A DNA stretch of 64,000 nucleotides, taken from assembly GCA_963555995.3 (NCBI GenBank), contig OY821641.1, forward strand, positions 2,656,001-2,720,000. The letters run 5' to 3'. Within the stretch, counting starts at the first letter, position 1. Each line of letters starts with the position of its first letter. The stretch is from Vicinamibacteria bacterium (GTDB lineage Bacteria; Acidobacteriota; Vicinamibacteria; Marinacidobacterales; Marinacidobacteraceae). A model generated the notes under the pieces. It did no database searches. It was not told the origin of the DNA and worked only from the letters and a program-made list of their open reading frames with translations. Below, in pieces: positions 43,316-53,239 of the stretch. The position numbers and the translations under genes are program-made.

Positions 43316-44241
43316 TCCGTCGCTCCTCCCACGGGATTGGAGGGCGCCTCTTCGGGGACCGCCGCCGGTTCGGTGCGGACGAGAAACCGGTCGGGAACCC
43401 GGGCGTCAACCCGCGAGAGCCCCGGCCAGCGCTCGACCAGGTCGGGCAGGACCCCGGCGACGCGCTCCAGCCCGTCCAGGAAGCCGCGTTCGCTCAACAG
43501 GATCGGGAGCGCCGGCGACCGGAGGATCACCTCCACGCGGTAGGGACCGCCGCTCACGTCCAGCTCGGAAACGAGCCGGTCCAGTTCGGGCCGGCGGGAC
43601 AGCGCCGCCGCCAACCGGCCGGCAAGCGCCGCCCGCCTTTCGAAGTCGGCGTGACTGCGGTCGGCGCCCCGGATCAGGACCAGGTCCACCGCGCCGGCCG
43701 ACGCGAAATCGTTGGCCGTGGCGGGTCCGAGGACCGTTCCGTCGCCCGCGAGGGCGGCCGGAGGCTGCCAGTCGAGGAGCGCCACGGTCCGCTTTTCCTC
43801 GACGTCCACCAGGATGACGCCGGGCAGCAGCCGCTCCACGGTGACCCGCTCGGGGATTCCCGTCGCGAGCAGCCGCTCGCGAATGGCCGCCGCATCGGCG
43901 AGCAACCCGGTGGGGCCGAGGCTCCCGGCGTCCGGGAACCGGGTCAGATGCACCGCTCCGCGGAGCCGCAGTTCCGCCGGGCCGGTCTCGGCCGCCGCGC
44001 CGGCGGGCTCGGCGGCGGTCATCCTCCCGACCACGATTCCGGCGGCGAGCGCCAGACCCACCGACCCAACCGCGATGCGGGCCACCAGCCGCGGCAGCGG
44101 GGTTCTGGGCGCGGGCGGCGCCACCAGCCGCGGCTCGCGTTCCGCCGCCCGGCGCCGGGCGTCCGGGTCGGCATGCGGCGGGAGCTCGACGGGCATCGAA
44201 TTGGTCCGGCCCGCCGGCCGCCGATCACGCCACCCGTTCAC
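43312..44241 (-). CDS. ftsQ: FtsQ/DivIB-like protein
   Basis: Single TM helix, POTRA-like VTVERLLPGVILVDVEE and C-terminal VDAR. Lies between murC and ftsA. Confidence 0.75.
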   Translation of the reverse strand: MNGWRDRRPAGRTNSMPVELPPHADPDARRRAAEREPRLVAPPAPRTPLPRLVARIAVGSVGLALAAGIVVGRMTAAEPAGAAAETGPAELRLRGAVHLTRFPDAGSLGPTGLLADAAAIRERLLATGIPERVTVERLLPGVILVDVEEKRTVALLDWQPPAALAGDGTVLGPATANDFASAGAVDLVLIRGADRSHADFERRAALAGRLAAALSRRPELDRLVSELDVSGGPYRVEVILRSPALPILLSERGFLDGLERVAGVLPDLVERWPGLSRVDARVPDRFLVRTEPAAVPEEAPSNPVGGATE

Positions 44242-45655
44242 GGAGCGCCTCCTGCAGCAGGTCGGGCAACTGGGTGATGCTTCCCGCCCCGAGCGTCAGA
44301 ACCACGTCGCCGGCGCCAAGCTCGGGGGCCAACCGATCAGCCACCTCCTCGAGGCGGCCCAGGAAACGGACATCGGGATGCCCCGCACCCCGGATTCCCC
44401 GGGCCAGCTCCTCGCCGTCCACTCCGGGAATCGGCTTTTCGCCCGCCGGGTAGATGTCCGTGACCACCACGACGTCCGCACCAGCGAAGGCGCGGCAGAA
44501 GTCCTCGTGCAGGTCCCGCACCCGGCTGTAGCGGTGCGGCTGGAAGACCGCCACCGTGCGGGCGCCGAAAGCCGCCCGCGCCGCCTCGAGCGTCTCCCGG
44601 ATCTCGCTCGGGTGGTGGGCGTAGTCGTCCACGATCCGCACCCCGGCCGGGGTACCGCGCCGTTGGAACCGGCGCTCGACCCCGGTGAAGGCCTCGAGAC
44701 CCTTGCGGATCGCCGGAGTCCCCAGGCCGAACTCGAGCCCGACGGCGGCGGCGGCGAGGCTGTTCAGGACCGCGGTGCGGCCCGGCTGCTTCAGATGGAC
44801 GGCGCCGGCCAGCCCGCCCCGGATCCGCAGCTCGTAACGGGTCCCGTCCTCGGCGATGGAGATCTTTTCGGCCGAAATCTCGGCGTCCGGAGAAAGGCCG
44901 TAGGTGATGACCCGCCGGCGGACGCGCGGCAGCAGCGAACGCACGTTGTCGCAGTCAGTGCAGACGATCGCGCCCCCGTAGAACGGAGTCATGTTGATGA
45001 AACGAAGGAAGGAATCGAGGAGGTCCTCCATCCCTTCGTAGGCGTCGAGATGCTCGCGGTCAATCCCCGTGACCACCGCCAGCACCGGCAGCAGCCGCAG
45101 GAAGGTGCGGTCGGACTCGTCGGCCTCCGCCACCAGGATCTCGGACTTCCCGACCCGCGCTCCGCCGCCGATCGTCGCGACCCGGCCCCCGATCACCGTC
45201 GTCGGATCGAGGCCCGCGTGATCGAGCAGCACGGAGGTCATCGAAGTCGTCGTGGTCTTGCCGTGCGACCCCGCCACCGCCACCGCAAACTTCATCCGCA
45301 TCAGCTCGGCGAGCATTTCCGCGCGCGGGATGATGGGGAGCTGCCGCTCGCGGGCGGCGACGACCTCGGGGTTGTCCGGGGGCACCGCCGAGGAGACGAC
45401 GACCACGTCGGCGGAGTCCACCTGATTGGCGACGTGTCCCTCGAACACGATCCCACCGAGTTCGGCCAGTCGCCGCGCGTTCGCGCCGGTGCGGAGATCG
45501 GAACCGCTGACCCGGTAGCCGAGATTCAGCAGTACCTCGGCAATGCCGCTCATCCCCACTCCGCCGATGCCGACGAAGTGCACGCGGGTGCGGGTGGAAA
45601 AGAGCAGACCCCGCGTCCCGGACGACGAAAGCAGGCTCTGGGCGAAGCCGTTCAC
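44225..45655 (-). CDS. murC: UDP-N-acetylmuramate--L-alanine ligase
   Basis: HFVGIGGVGMSG, GSHGKTTT, EADESD and DDYAHHP motifs. Confidence 0.97.
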   Translation of the reverse strand: MNGFAQSLLSSSGTRGLLFSTRTRVHFVGIGGVGMSGIAEVLLNLGYRVSGSDLRTGANARRLAELGGIVFEGHVANQVDSADVVVVSSAVPPDNPEVVAARERQLPIIPRAEMLAELMRMKFAVAVAGSHGKTTTTSMTSVLLDHAGLDPTTVIGGRVATIGGGARVGKSEILVAEADESDRTFLRLLPVLAVVTGIDREHLDAYEGMEDLLDSFLRFINMTPFYGGAIVCTDCDNVRSLLPRVRRRVITYGLSPDAEISAEKISIAEDGTRYELRIRGGLAGAVHLKQPGRTAVLNSLAAAAVGLEFGLGTPAIRKGLEAFTGVERRFQRRGTPAGVRIVDDYAHHPSEIRETLEAARAAFGARTVAVFQPHRYSRVRDLHEDFCRAFAGADVVVVTDIYPAGEKPIPGVDGEELARGIRGAGHPDVRFLGRLEEVADRLAPELGAGDVVLTLGAGSITQLPDLLQEALRERVA

Positions 45656-46731
45656 GGCGCCCCCCCGGCGAGTGCGTGCAGCCTCGCCGCCAACCGCTCC
45701 GCGCAGTGTTCGTGCACGAGCTGCTCCCCGGCCCGAGCCATGTTCGCGCGGAGCTCCGGATCGTCCGCGAGGGTGGCGAGCGCGGTCGCGAACTCCGCTC
45801 CCGAAGACGCTTCGTCCACGGCCACCGCGGCGCCGGCGCGGGCCAGCGCCGCCGCGTTCTGCCGCTGGTGCGCGCCCGCGACCGGCGCGGGCACCAGAAT
45901 CCCTGGCCGTCCGGCGGCGGCCAGTTCGGCGCAGGTGATGGCGCCGGCGCGGCCCACCACCACGTCCGCCGCCTCCATGGCCCGCGGCATGTCGTCGAGA
46001 TACGCCACCACGCGAGCGTCCACCCCGGCGTCGCGATACGCGTCGCGAATCGGGTCCTCGTCGGCGGGGCCCGTCTGATGGGTGATCCGCAGTCGGCCGG
46101 GGCGCGCGCGGAGCGCGGGCAGCGAATCCACCACCAGCCGATTCAGCCGCGAGGCCCCCTGGCTGCCCCCGGTGACCAGCACCGACACGGCGCCGTTGGC
46201 GCCCGGCGGCGGCGCCATCCGGAAGAACTCCGGCCGCACCGGGATTCCGGCAACCACCGTGCGGCGCCGGAGGCGCCGGCGCGTCGCCTCCCAGGCCACC
46301 GCGACCTCGCTCGCGAACGGCGAGCTCCAGCGGGTCGCGAAACCGGGCTCCGCGTTGGGTTCCAGAATCAGCGAAGGAATCCCCAGGAGGCGGGCGGCGA
46401 ACACCGCGACCCCGGACACGGAACCCCCGGTCCCGAAAACCACGTCCGGACGAATCTCCCGGAGCCGCCGCCGCATCGCGGCGACCGAACGCAGGAGGCG
46501 GGCGGAGGTCCGGGGCAGCGCGAACGGCGAGCGGCCGCGGACGGGGGGCACCTCGACGAGTTCCAGCCCGAATCCGTGCTCCGGCACGAGGCGGTTCTCC
46601 AGCCCCCGGGCGGTGCCCACGAACCGGATCTCGGCGGGTCCCCGCTCGGCGAAGGCGCGGGCGACCGCGAGGCCCGGATAGATGTGCCCGCCGCTGCCGG
46701 CCGCCGCGACCAGGAGTCGGGTACCCACCAT
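45652..46731 (-). CDS. murG: Lipid II GlcNAc transferase MurG
   Basis: GSGGHIYPG, GIPVR, GGSQGA, HQTG and HQRQNA motifs. Confidence 0.95.
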   Translation of the reverse strand: MVGTRLLVAAAGSGGHIYPGLAVARAFAERGPAEIRFVGTARGLENRLVPEHGFGLELVEVPPVRGRSPFALPRTSARLLRSVAAMRRRLREIRPDVVFGTGGSVSGVAVFAARLLGIPSLILEPNAEPGFATRWSSPFASEVAVAWEATRRRLRRRTVVAGIPVRPEFFRMAPPPGANGAVSVLVTGGSQGASRLNRLVVDSLPALRARPGRLRITHQTGPADEDPIRDAYRDAGVDARVVAYLDDMPRAMEAADVVVGRAGAITCAELAAAGRPGILVPAPVAGAHQRQNAAALARAGAAVAVDEASSGAEFATALATLADDPELRANMARAGEQLVHEHCAERLAARLHALAGGAP

Positions 46732-47816
46732 CACGGCACCCTCTGGGAGACCGACAGCACCAGCCCCGCCGCCAGCAGGGTGGTGAGCAGCGAGGAGCCG
46801 CCGGCGGAAACGAACGGGAGCGGCAGCCCCGTGGTGGGAACGATCGCGGTCGCGACGCTGAAGTTCAGGAACGCCTGCAGGGCGATGGTCAGCGTGGCCC
46901 CCGCTCCGAGCAGCATGCCGAAGCGATCGGGAGCCCGGCTCGAGACGAGGAGTCCCCGGACGGTGAACAGGAGGAAGAAGACCACCACCAGCCCCGCGCC
47001 GATGAAGCCCAGTTCCTCGCCGACCACCGAGAAGACGAAGTCGGAGTGCGGCTCGGGAAGGTAGAGCAGTTTCTGGCGGCTGGCGGCGAAGCCGACTCCG
47101 GTGACGCCCCCGCTGCCGAGCGCGATGAGCGACTGGCTCAACTGGAAACCGTCGCCGAGCGGGTCGGCGAAGGGATCGAGGAAGGTGAGGATGCGGGCGA
47201 TCCGGTAGTCCGCGGCCAGCACCCCGGCGGCAAACAGCGGAACCGCCACCGCCGCCAGGCCCGCCAGGTGCCCGAGGCGCGCGCCGCCCAGGAAGATCAC
47301 CGATACGCCGACCAGCACCAGCAGGGTGGCGGTGCCCAGATCGGGCTGGAGGTAGATGAGCGCCGCGAGAAAACCCGTAGCGACCAGCGGCAACACCAGG
47401 GTGCGGAAGGAATCGGCGCCCCGCATCGCCAGCAGATGGGCAAGCGCCACCACCAGCCCGAGCCTCGCCGGCTCGGAGGGCTGCAGGGTGAACCCGGCGA
47501 ACTGCACCCAGCGGTGCACCCCGTTGATGGCCGGAGAGAGCAGGGCGGCGAAGAGCGACACGATGACCGCCCCGTACACCGCCCACACCACGGCCGGCCG
47601 GTTCAGCAACCGGTAGTCCGAACGGGCCACGGCGATCATCGCCAGACAGCCGAGCGCCGCCCAGACCGCCTGGCGCTCCAGGAAGTACGACGGACTGCGG
47701 TCGCTGGCGTCCGCCACGATGGCGGAGGCGCTGTAGAGCATGACCAGCCCGAAGACGAGGAGCCCGAGCGTCAGGAGGAACAGGAGCCGGTCGGGGGCCA
47801 TGCGCCGTCCCTTCAT
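46731..47816 (-). CDS. ftsW: Peptidoglycan polymerase FtsW
   Basis: LQPSE, QPDLGT, LPEPHSDF and LPFVSAGGSS motifs. Confidence 0.96.
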   Translation of the reverse strand: MKGRRMAPDRLLFLLTLGLLVFGLVMLYSASAIVADASDRSPSYFLERQAVWAALGCLAMIAVARSDYRLLNRPAVVWAVYGAVIVSLFAALLSPAINGVHRWVQFAGFTLQPSEPARLGLVVALAHLLAMRGADSFRTLVLPLVATGFLAALIYLQPDLGTATLLVLVGVSVIFLGGARLGHLAGLAAVAVPLFAAGVLAADYRIARILTFLDPFADPLGDGFQLSQSLIALGSGGVTGVGFAASRQKLLYLPEPHSDFVFSVVGEELGFIGAGLVVVFFLLFTVRGLLVSSRAPDRFGMLLGAGATLTIALQAFLNFSVATAIVPTTGLPLPFVSAGGSSLLTTLLAAGLVLSVSQRVP

Positions 47817-49228
47817 CGAGGGCCTCCCTCCCCGCTCCCCGCGGCGGCGAGGCGGGCCACGATGCCGCGGAAGCGCGTTCCCCGGTCCCCGTAGTTGTCG
47901 AACTGGTCGAAGCTGGAGCAGCCGGGGGAGAGCAGCACGATCCCCCCGGGACGGGAGCGGGCCAGCGCGTCTTCCACCGCCGCCTCGAGGGTGTCGTGGA
48001 CCGCCACCGGAACGCTGCGGATTTCGGCGGCGATCCGGTCCCGGGAGCGCCCGATCGCGTGAATCCCCTCCACCGGGTCGAGATGGCCCTCCAGATCGCG
48101 GAACCGGCCGCCCTTGAGGATGCCGCCGAGGATGAGGTGAATCCCGGCGCCGGCCTCCGCGAGCGCCACGAGGGCGGCCCGGGTGGCCTGGAGGTTCGTC
48201 GCCCGCGAATCGTTGATGCACCGCACGCCGGCCACCGATCCCGCCTCTTCGAGGGCGTGGGGCAGGCCGCGGAAACGGTCCGCCGCCGTCTCGAGCGCCG
48301 CGCGCCCGATCCCCAGGAGGCTGGCGGCGGCCGCCGCCGCCGCGAGGTTGTGCTGCTGGTGGCGCCCCGGAACCCGGAGGGCGTCGAGGCGGGCCAGCAC
48401 CCCGACGTCGTCGCCGTCCCGCCGGACGAGCCGCCCGGCGTCGAACACCACCTCCGGGTCGTGTTCGCCCGGCGGCCCGCCGAAGGGGAGCAGACGCGCT
48501 CCGGTGCGGCGGGCGGCGGTGGTTGCGAGCTCCCGGGTCACGGCGTCGCTTCCATCGAAGACGACCCAGTCGGAAGCCGTCTGGTTCTCGAAGAGCCGCG
48601 CCTTGGACCGGCGGTAGTCCGCGAGATCGGGATGCCAGTCCAGGTGGTCCTGCCCCACTTTCAGCAGGACCGCGACCCGCGCCCGGAAGCGGGCGATGGT
48701 CGCCAACTGGAAACTCGTCGCCTCCACGACGGCGATCTCACCGGGAGCGAACGCGCCGACGAGCGAGGTGAGGGGCTCCCCGATGTTCCCGCAGGCCCTT
48801 CCCGGCGTCCCCCCGGCGCGGAGCGCTTCCGCCAGCAGGGTCACCACGCTGGACTTCCCCTTCGTGCCGGTCACCGCCACGATCCGGTCCCAGGGTTCGC
48901 CGAGCGCCCGGTAGCCCAGTTCCAGTTCGCCCCAGACGGGAATGCCCTGGCGGCGCGCGGCCCGCAGGATCTCGACCCCCGGCGGCACGCCGGGGCTCGT
49001 GACCACCAGCGAGATCCCGGAAAGCAGGGACGGGGGATGCCCCCCGGCGTGCACCCGGGCGCCGAGCGCCTTCAGGGAGGACGAGGCGATCCGCTTCTCC
49101 GGACGCGCGTCGGCGACCTGCACGCGGCGCCCGATCCGGCGGAGCCAGCGCGCCGCCGCCTGACCGCTGACGCCGGCTCCCAGCACCAGGACCTCCGGAC
49201 CCGGGATTGCCTCTGGACGTTCGGTCAT
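47813..49228 (-). CDS. murD: UDP-MurNAc-L-Ala--D-Glu ligase
   Basis: VTGTKGKSS, SFQL, DHLDWH, INDSRATN and LSPGCSSFDQF motifs. Confidence 0.95.
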   Translation of the reverse strand: MTERPEAIPGPEVLVLGAGVSGQAAARWLRRIGRRVQVADARPEKRIASSSLKALGARVHAGGHPPSLLSGISLVVTSPGVPPGVEILRAARRQGIPVWGELELGYRALGEPWDRIVAVTGTKGKSSVVTLLAEALRAGGTPGRACGNIGEPLTSLVGAFAPGEIAVVEATSFQLATIARFRARVAVLLKVGQDHLDWHPDLADYRRSKARLFENQTASDWVVFDGSDAVTRELATTAARRTGARLLPFGGPPGEHDPEVVFDAGRLVRRDGDDVGVLARLDALRVPGRHQQHNLAAAAAAASLLGIGRAALETAADRFRGLPHALEEAGSVAGVRCINDSRATNLQATRAALVALAEAGAGIHLILGGILKGGRFRDLEGHLDPVEGIHAIGRSRDRIAAEIRSVPVAVHDTLEAAVEDALARSRPGGIVLLSPGCSSFDQFDNYGDRGTRFRGIVARLAAAGSGEGGPR

Positions 49229-50307
49229 CGCAGCTTCAGGGTGGTGAGGGTGGCGAGCGCGCAGAGGACGGCCAGGATCCAGAACCGGACGCTCACCTGC
49301 GTCTCCTTCCAGCCCGCGAGTTCGAAGTGATGGTGGAGCGGCGCCATCCTGAAGAGCCGCCGCCCGGTGAGCTTGAAGCCGGCGACCTGCAGGATCACCG
49401 ACAACGTCTCCATCACGAAGACGCCGCCGACGATCACCAGCAGGATCTCCTGCCGGATCAGGAGCGCCTGCATTCCGATCCCCGCCCCGAGGGCGAGCGA
49501 TCCCACGTCGCCCATGAAGACGCGCGCGGGATGGGCGTTGAACCAGAGGAACCCGAGCGCGGCGCCGGTGATCGCGGCGCCGAAGATGGTCACCTCGGAG
49601 GCGCCCGGGACGTAGAGGATGTCGAGATACGCCGAGAACTCGGCATGCCCGGACAGGTAGGTGAGCGCGGTGTACACCGCCGCCGCCACCAGCACGCAGC
49701 CCGCGGCGAGCCCGTCGAGCCCGTCGGTCAGGTTGACCGCGTTCGAGGACGCGAGGAGCACCACCATGGCCGCCGGCACGAACAGCAGTCCGAGCTCGGG
49801 CTGGAACTCCTTGAAGAACGGGAACACCACGCGGGTGGTGAACTCGCCGCCGCCGGCGTACCAGACCAGGAAGGCGCCGACGGCGAGCCCGAGCAGCAAC
49901 TGGACGCCGAACTTGGTGCGGGCGCGGAGTCCGATCCCGTCCGCGCGCCGCAGCTTCTTCCAGTCGTCCACGAATCCCAGCGTTCCGTAGGCGGCCATGG
50001 TGAGCACCGCCACCCAGACGAGCACGTTGCCCAGGTCCGCCCAGAGCAGGGTGGAAAGGACCACGGTCCCCAGGATCAGGACCCCGCCCATGGTGGGGGT
50101 GCCGGCCTTGTGCTGGTGCGCCGGACCGTCCGCGCGGATCTGCTCGCCCACCCGCAGCCGGGAGAGCCGGGAGATCACGAACGGACCGAGGCCGAGCGAG
50201 AGGACGATCGCGGTGGCGGCCGCCGCCGCGGTGCGGACGGAGACGTAGCGGAAGACGTTGAACGCGCTGATCTCGTCCGCGAGCGAGAAGAGCAGGTCGC
50301 CGAGCAT
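49225..50307 (-). CDS. mraY: Phospho-MurNAc-pentapeptide translocase
   Basis: KAGTPTMGG, NAVNLTDGLDGL, VFMGDVGS and MAPLHHHFE motifs. Confidence 0.97.
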   Translation of the reverse strand: MLGDLLFSLADEISAFNVFRYVSVRTAAAAATAIVLSLGLGPFVISRLSRLRVGEQIRADGPAHQHKAGTPTMGGVLILGTVVLSTLLWADLGNVLVWVAVLTMAAYGTLGFVDDWKKLRRADGIGLRARTKFGVQLLLGLAVGAFLVWYAGGGEFTTRVVFPFFKEFQPELGLLFVPAAMVVLLASSNAVNLTDGLDGLAAGCVLVAAAVYTALTYLSGHAEFSAYLDILYVPGASEVTIFGAAITGAALGFLWFNAHPARVFMGDVGSLALGAGIGMQALLIRQEILLVIVGGVFVMETLSVILQVAGFKLTGRRLFRMAPLHHHFELAGWKETQVSVRFWILAVLCALATLTTLKLR

Positions 50308-51698
50308 CAGGCGTCTCCTACCTGCGCCCCGGCGGGCGCCTCGAGAAGGCGGAGGGAGGCGTCCAGCCCGACGGCCCGGGACGCCTTGAAGAGCACCAGG
50401 TCGCCCTCCCGCAGCGCGCCGGCGAGGAGCGCCGCCGCCTCCTGCGGATCCTCGGCGGCGAGCGTGTCGGTGCCCAGCGCCCCCGCGGCGGCGGCGAGCG
50501 TTCGTCCGAGGGGACCGACGCCCACCACCAGGTCCAGTCGCAGCGCGTTGGCCAGCCGCCCGCAGGCGCGGTGGAGCCCTTCGGCGTCCTCGCCGAGTTC
50601 CCGCATGTCGCCCACCACCAGGACGTGCCGCGGGGCCGGCTGGACGACGAACTCGCGGAGCACGGTGCGGAGGGCGCGGGGGCTGGAGTTGTACGTCTCG
50701 TCCACCGCGACCGCCCCGCCCGGAAGGGCGACCCGAGCCCCGCGGCCGGGGAGCGGGCCCAGGTCCGCCACCCCGCGGGCGGCGCTCTCCAGCGGCACGT
50801 CGAGGACCGCGGCGGCGGCGAGGCCGGCGAGCACGTTCTCGGCGTTGTGGCGTCCGGCGAGGCCGCAGGTCACCGAGACCGCCGGTCCTCCGAACGCGCT
50901 CACCTCGAAGACGAGCCCGGAGGGGCGCGCCGCGTATCCGGAACCGCGGACGTCCACTCCCTCGGCGAACCCGTAGGTCACGCGCCGTCCCCCGAACCGT
51001 TCCGCCTGGGCGCGGACGCGCTCGTCGTCGTGGTTCACCACCGCCGTCGCCGCCACGGGCATGGCTTCGAAGAGTTCCCCCTTGGCGGCGGCGATAGCCT
51101 CGATGGAGCCGAAGTACTCGAGGTGCGCTTCCGCGACGGTGGTCAGCACGCCGCAGTCGGGAGCGGCGATCTCCGTCAGCGCCCGGATCTCGCCGGGGGC
51201 CGACATGCCCAGTTCGACCACTCCCACCTCCTCGTCCTCGTGGGCGAGGAGCGACAGGGGCAGGCCCCACTGGTTGTTCAGATTTCCGTGCGAACGAAAC
51301 ACCGAGCGGGTCGCGCCGATGGCCGCCGCCGCCGCTTCCTTGGTGGTGGTCTTGCCGAGACTTCCGGTGATCGCGACGATCCGCGCCCCGCTCTGCAGCC
51401 GTTCTTCGCGGGCCAGCGCTCCCAGCGCCGCGGTGGGATCGGGCACCCGGATCAGGAAGCGGTCCCCGAGTCCTGCCGGCGCGCCGCGGTAGCCGCTCTC
51501 CACCACCGCGCCGGCGGCGCCGCGGCGGACCGCGGCGGCCACGAACGCGTGGCCGTCGTGGCGGGGCCCCCGGATGGCGAAGAAGAGGTCGCCGGGCGCG
51601 AGCGTGCGGGAGTCAATGGAAGCCCCGCGCGCGAGTCCGGCCGGGCCTTCGAGCGTTCCCCCCATCGCGCGGGCGGCCGCTTCGCCGGACACCCTCAC
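50307..51698 (-). CDS. murF: UDP-MurNAc-tripeptide--D-Ala-D-Ala ligase
   Basis: ITGSLGKTTTKE, NLNNQWGLP, ETYNSSP, GDMRELG and KASR motifs. Confidence 0.95.
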   Translation of the reverse strand: MRVSGEAAARAMGGTLEGPAGLARGASIDSRTLAPGDLFFAIRGPRHDGHAFVAAAVRRGAAGAVVESGYRGAPAGLGDRFLIRVPDPTAALGALAREERLQSGARIVAITGSLGKTTTKEAAAAAIGATRSVFRSHGNLNNQWGLPLSLLAHEDEEVGVVELGMSAPGEIRALTEIAAPDCGVLTTVAEAHLEYFGSIEAIAAAKGELFEAMPVAATAVVNHDDERVRAQAERFGGRRVTYGFAEGVDVRGSGYAARPSGLVFEVSAFGGPAVSVTCGLAGRHNAENVLAGLAAAAVLDVPLESAARGVADLGPLPGRGARVALPGGAVAVDETYNSSPRALRTVLREFVVQPAPRHVLVVGDMRELGEDAEGLHRACGRLANALRLDLVVGVGPLGRTLAAAAGALGTDTLAAEDPQEAAALLAGALREGDLVLFKASRAVGLDASLRLLEAPAGAQVGDA

Positions 51699-53239
51699 GG
51701 GGCGGCCACCTCCAGGGCGGCGGCCGCGATCCGCCGGTCGTCCAGCGGAATCCGCAGATCCCCGAGCTGCTGGTGAGTCTCGTGCCCCTTGCCGGCCACC
51801 AGCACGAGGTCCTCTGGTCCGGCCACCGCCACCGCGCGCTCGATGGCGCGCCGCCGGTCCGGCTCCTCCAGCACCTCGGCGCCGAGCGCCGGGTTCTCGG
51901 CGCCGGCGCGGATCTCGGCGATGATGGCCTCGGGCGCTTCGCCGCGCGGGTTGTCGGAGGTCAGGATCACCCGGTCGGCCAGACGGGCGGCGGCATCCCC
52001 CATGAGCGGCCGGTTGCCGCGGTCGCGCTCGCCGCCGCAGCCGAACACGACGTGCAGCCGGCCTTCGCCGACGAGACAGCGCGCGGCGGCCAGCGCCCGG
52101 GCGAGGGCGTCCGGGGTGTGGGCGTAGTCCACCACCACCGCCGGCTCCGGCGGCGCGCCCCTTCCGGCGTCCGGCCGTCCGATCCGCTCCATCCGTCCGG
52201 GAGGCGCGGCGATGTCGGAAAGCACCGCCGCGGCCCGTTCGCCGTCGAAGCCCAGCGCGGTGAGCGCCCCCCAGGCGGCGGCCAGGTTCAGCGCGCTGAA
52301 GTGCCCGAGCATGGGACTGCGGATCTCGTGAGCGCCCGCGGGACCGTGCAGCCGTACCCGGGTGCCGTCCAGATCGGAGCGCAGCGCGCCGAGGCGGATC
52401 GTCGCGTCCCGGGCGGTCCCGAAGCCCACCAGCTTCACGTCGGGGCGCCGCACCCGCAGTTCCCCGGCGAGGCGGACCCCGAAGGGATCGTCCCGGCCGA
52501 CGACCGCGGTTCCGCCCCGGCGGAGCAGGTCCGTGAACAGTTCCCGCTTGGCCTCGAAGTAGGCGTCGAAGGCGCCGTGGAAGTCGAGGTGGTCGCGGGT
52601 GAGGTTCGTGAACACCGCCGCCTCGAAGACCGTCCCGGCCAGCCGCCCCTGGCGGAGGCCGTGCGAGGAACACTCGACCGCGCCGGCCGCGCCGCCGGCC
52701 GCGAGGGCGGTCGCCAGCAGGGCCTGGAATTCGGGGGCCTCGCGGGTGGTGAGTCCGGCTCCGGCGGGCTCGAGGGACCGGCCGGCGACCCGCGCGCGGT
52801 GCCCCACGGTGCCGCAGTAGAGGCTGCCGGCGGTCTCCCGGTGGAAGAACTCGTCCAGCAGCCAGGCCACCGTGGTCTTCCCGTTCGTTCCGGTCACCCC
52901 GACGAGCTGCAGGTCCGCCGAGGGATGGCCGTGGAAGGCGGACGCCGCCGGGCCCGCGGCGCGGCGCGCGTCCGGGACCCGAACCAGCGGAATCCCGGGA
53001 TCGGCGAGGGGCCGTTCCACGACGGCGGCGGCGGCCCCGGCGGCGGCCGCCGCCGGAACGAAGTCGTGGCCGTCGAAACGCTCTCCCCGGGTGGCGATGA
53101 AGAGGCTTCCCGGCTCGACGCGCCGGGAATCGCAGGTGACGCCCCCGATGCGGAGGTCGCCGGCGCCGGCCGGCAGCTCCGCTTCCAGACCGTCGAGAAG
53201 GTCTCGAAGCCGGCGGGAGGGGAACCCGGTGGCGTTCAT
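51695..53239 (-). CDS. murE: UDP-MurNAc-dipeptide--meso-DAP ligase
   Basis: GVTGTNGKTT, NLTRDHLDFH, DYAHTPD, DNPR (DAP specificity motif) and AGKGHE. Confidence 0.96.
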   Translation of the reverse strand: MNATGFPSRRLRDLLDGLEAELPAGAGDLRIGGVTCDSRRVEPGSLFIATRGERFDGHDFVPAAAAAGAAAAVVERPLADPGIPLVRVPDARRAAGPAASAFHGHPSADLQLVGVTGTNGKTTVAWLLDEFFHRETAGSLYCGTVGHRARVAGRSLEPAGAGLTTREAPEFQALLATALAAGGAAGAVECSSHGLRQGRLAGTVFEAAVFTNLTRDHLDFHGAFDAYFEAKRELFTDLLRRGGTAVVGRDDPFGVRLAGELRVRRPDVKLVGFGTARDATIRLGALRSDLDGTRVRLHGPAGAHEIRSPMLGHFSALNLAAAWGALTALGFDGERAAAVLSDIAAPPGRMERIGRPDAGRGAPPEPAVVVDYAHTPDALARALAAARCLVGEGRLHVVFGCGGERDRGNRPLMGDAAARLADRVILTSDNPRGEAPEAIIAEIRAGAENPALGAEVLEEPDRRRAIERAVAVAGPEDLVLVAGKGHETHQQLGDLRIPLDDRRIAAAALEVAAP

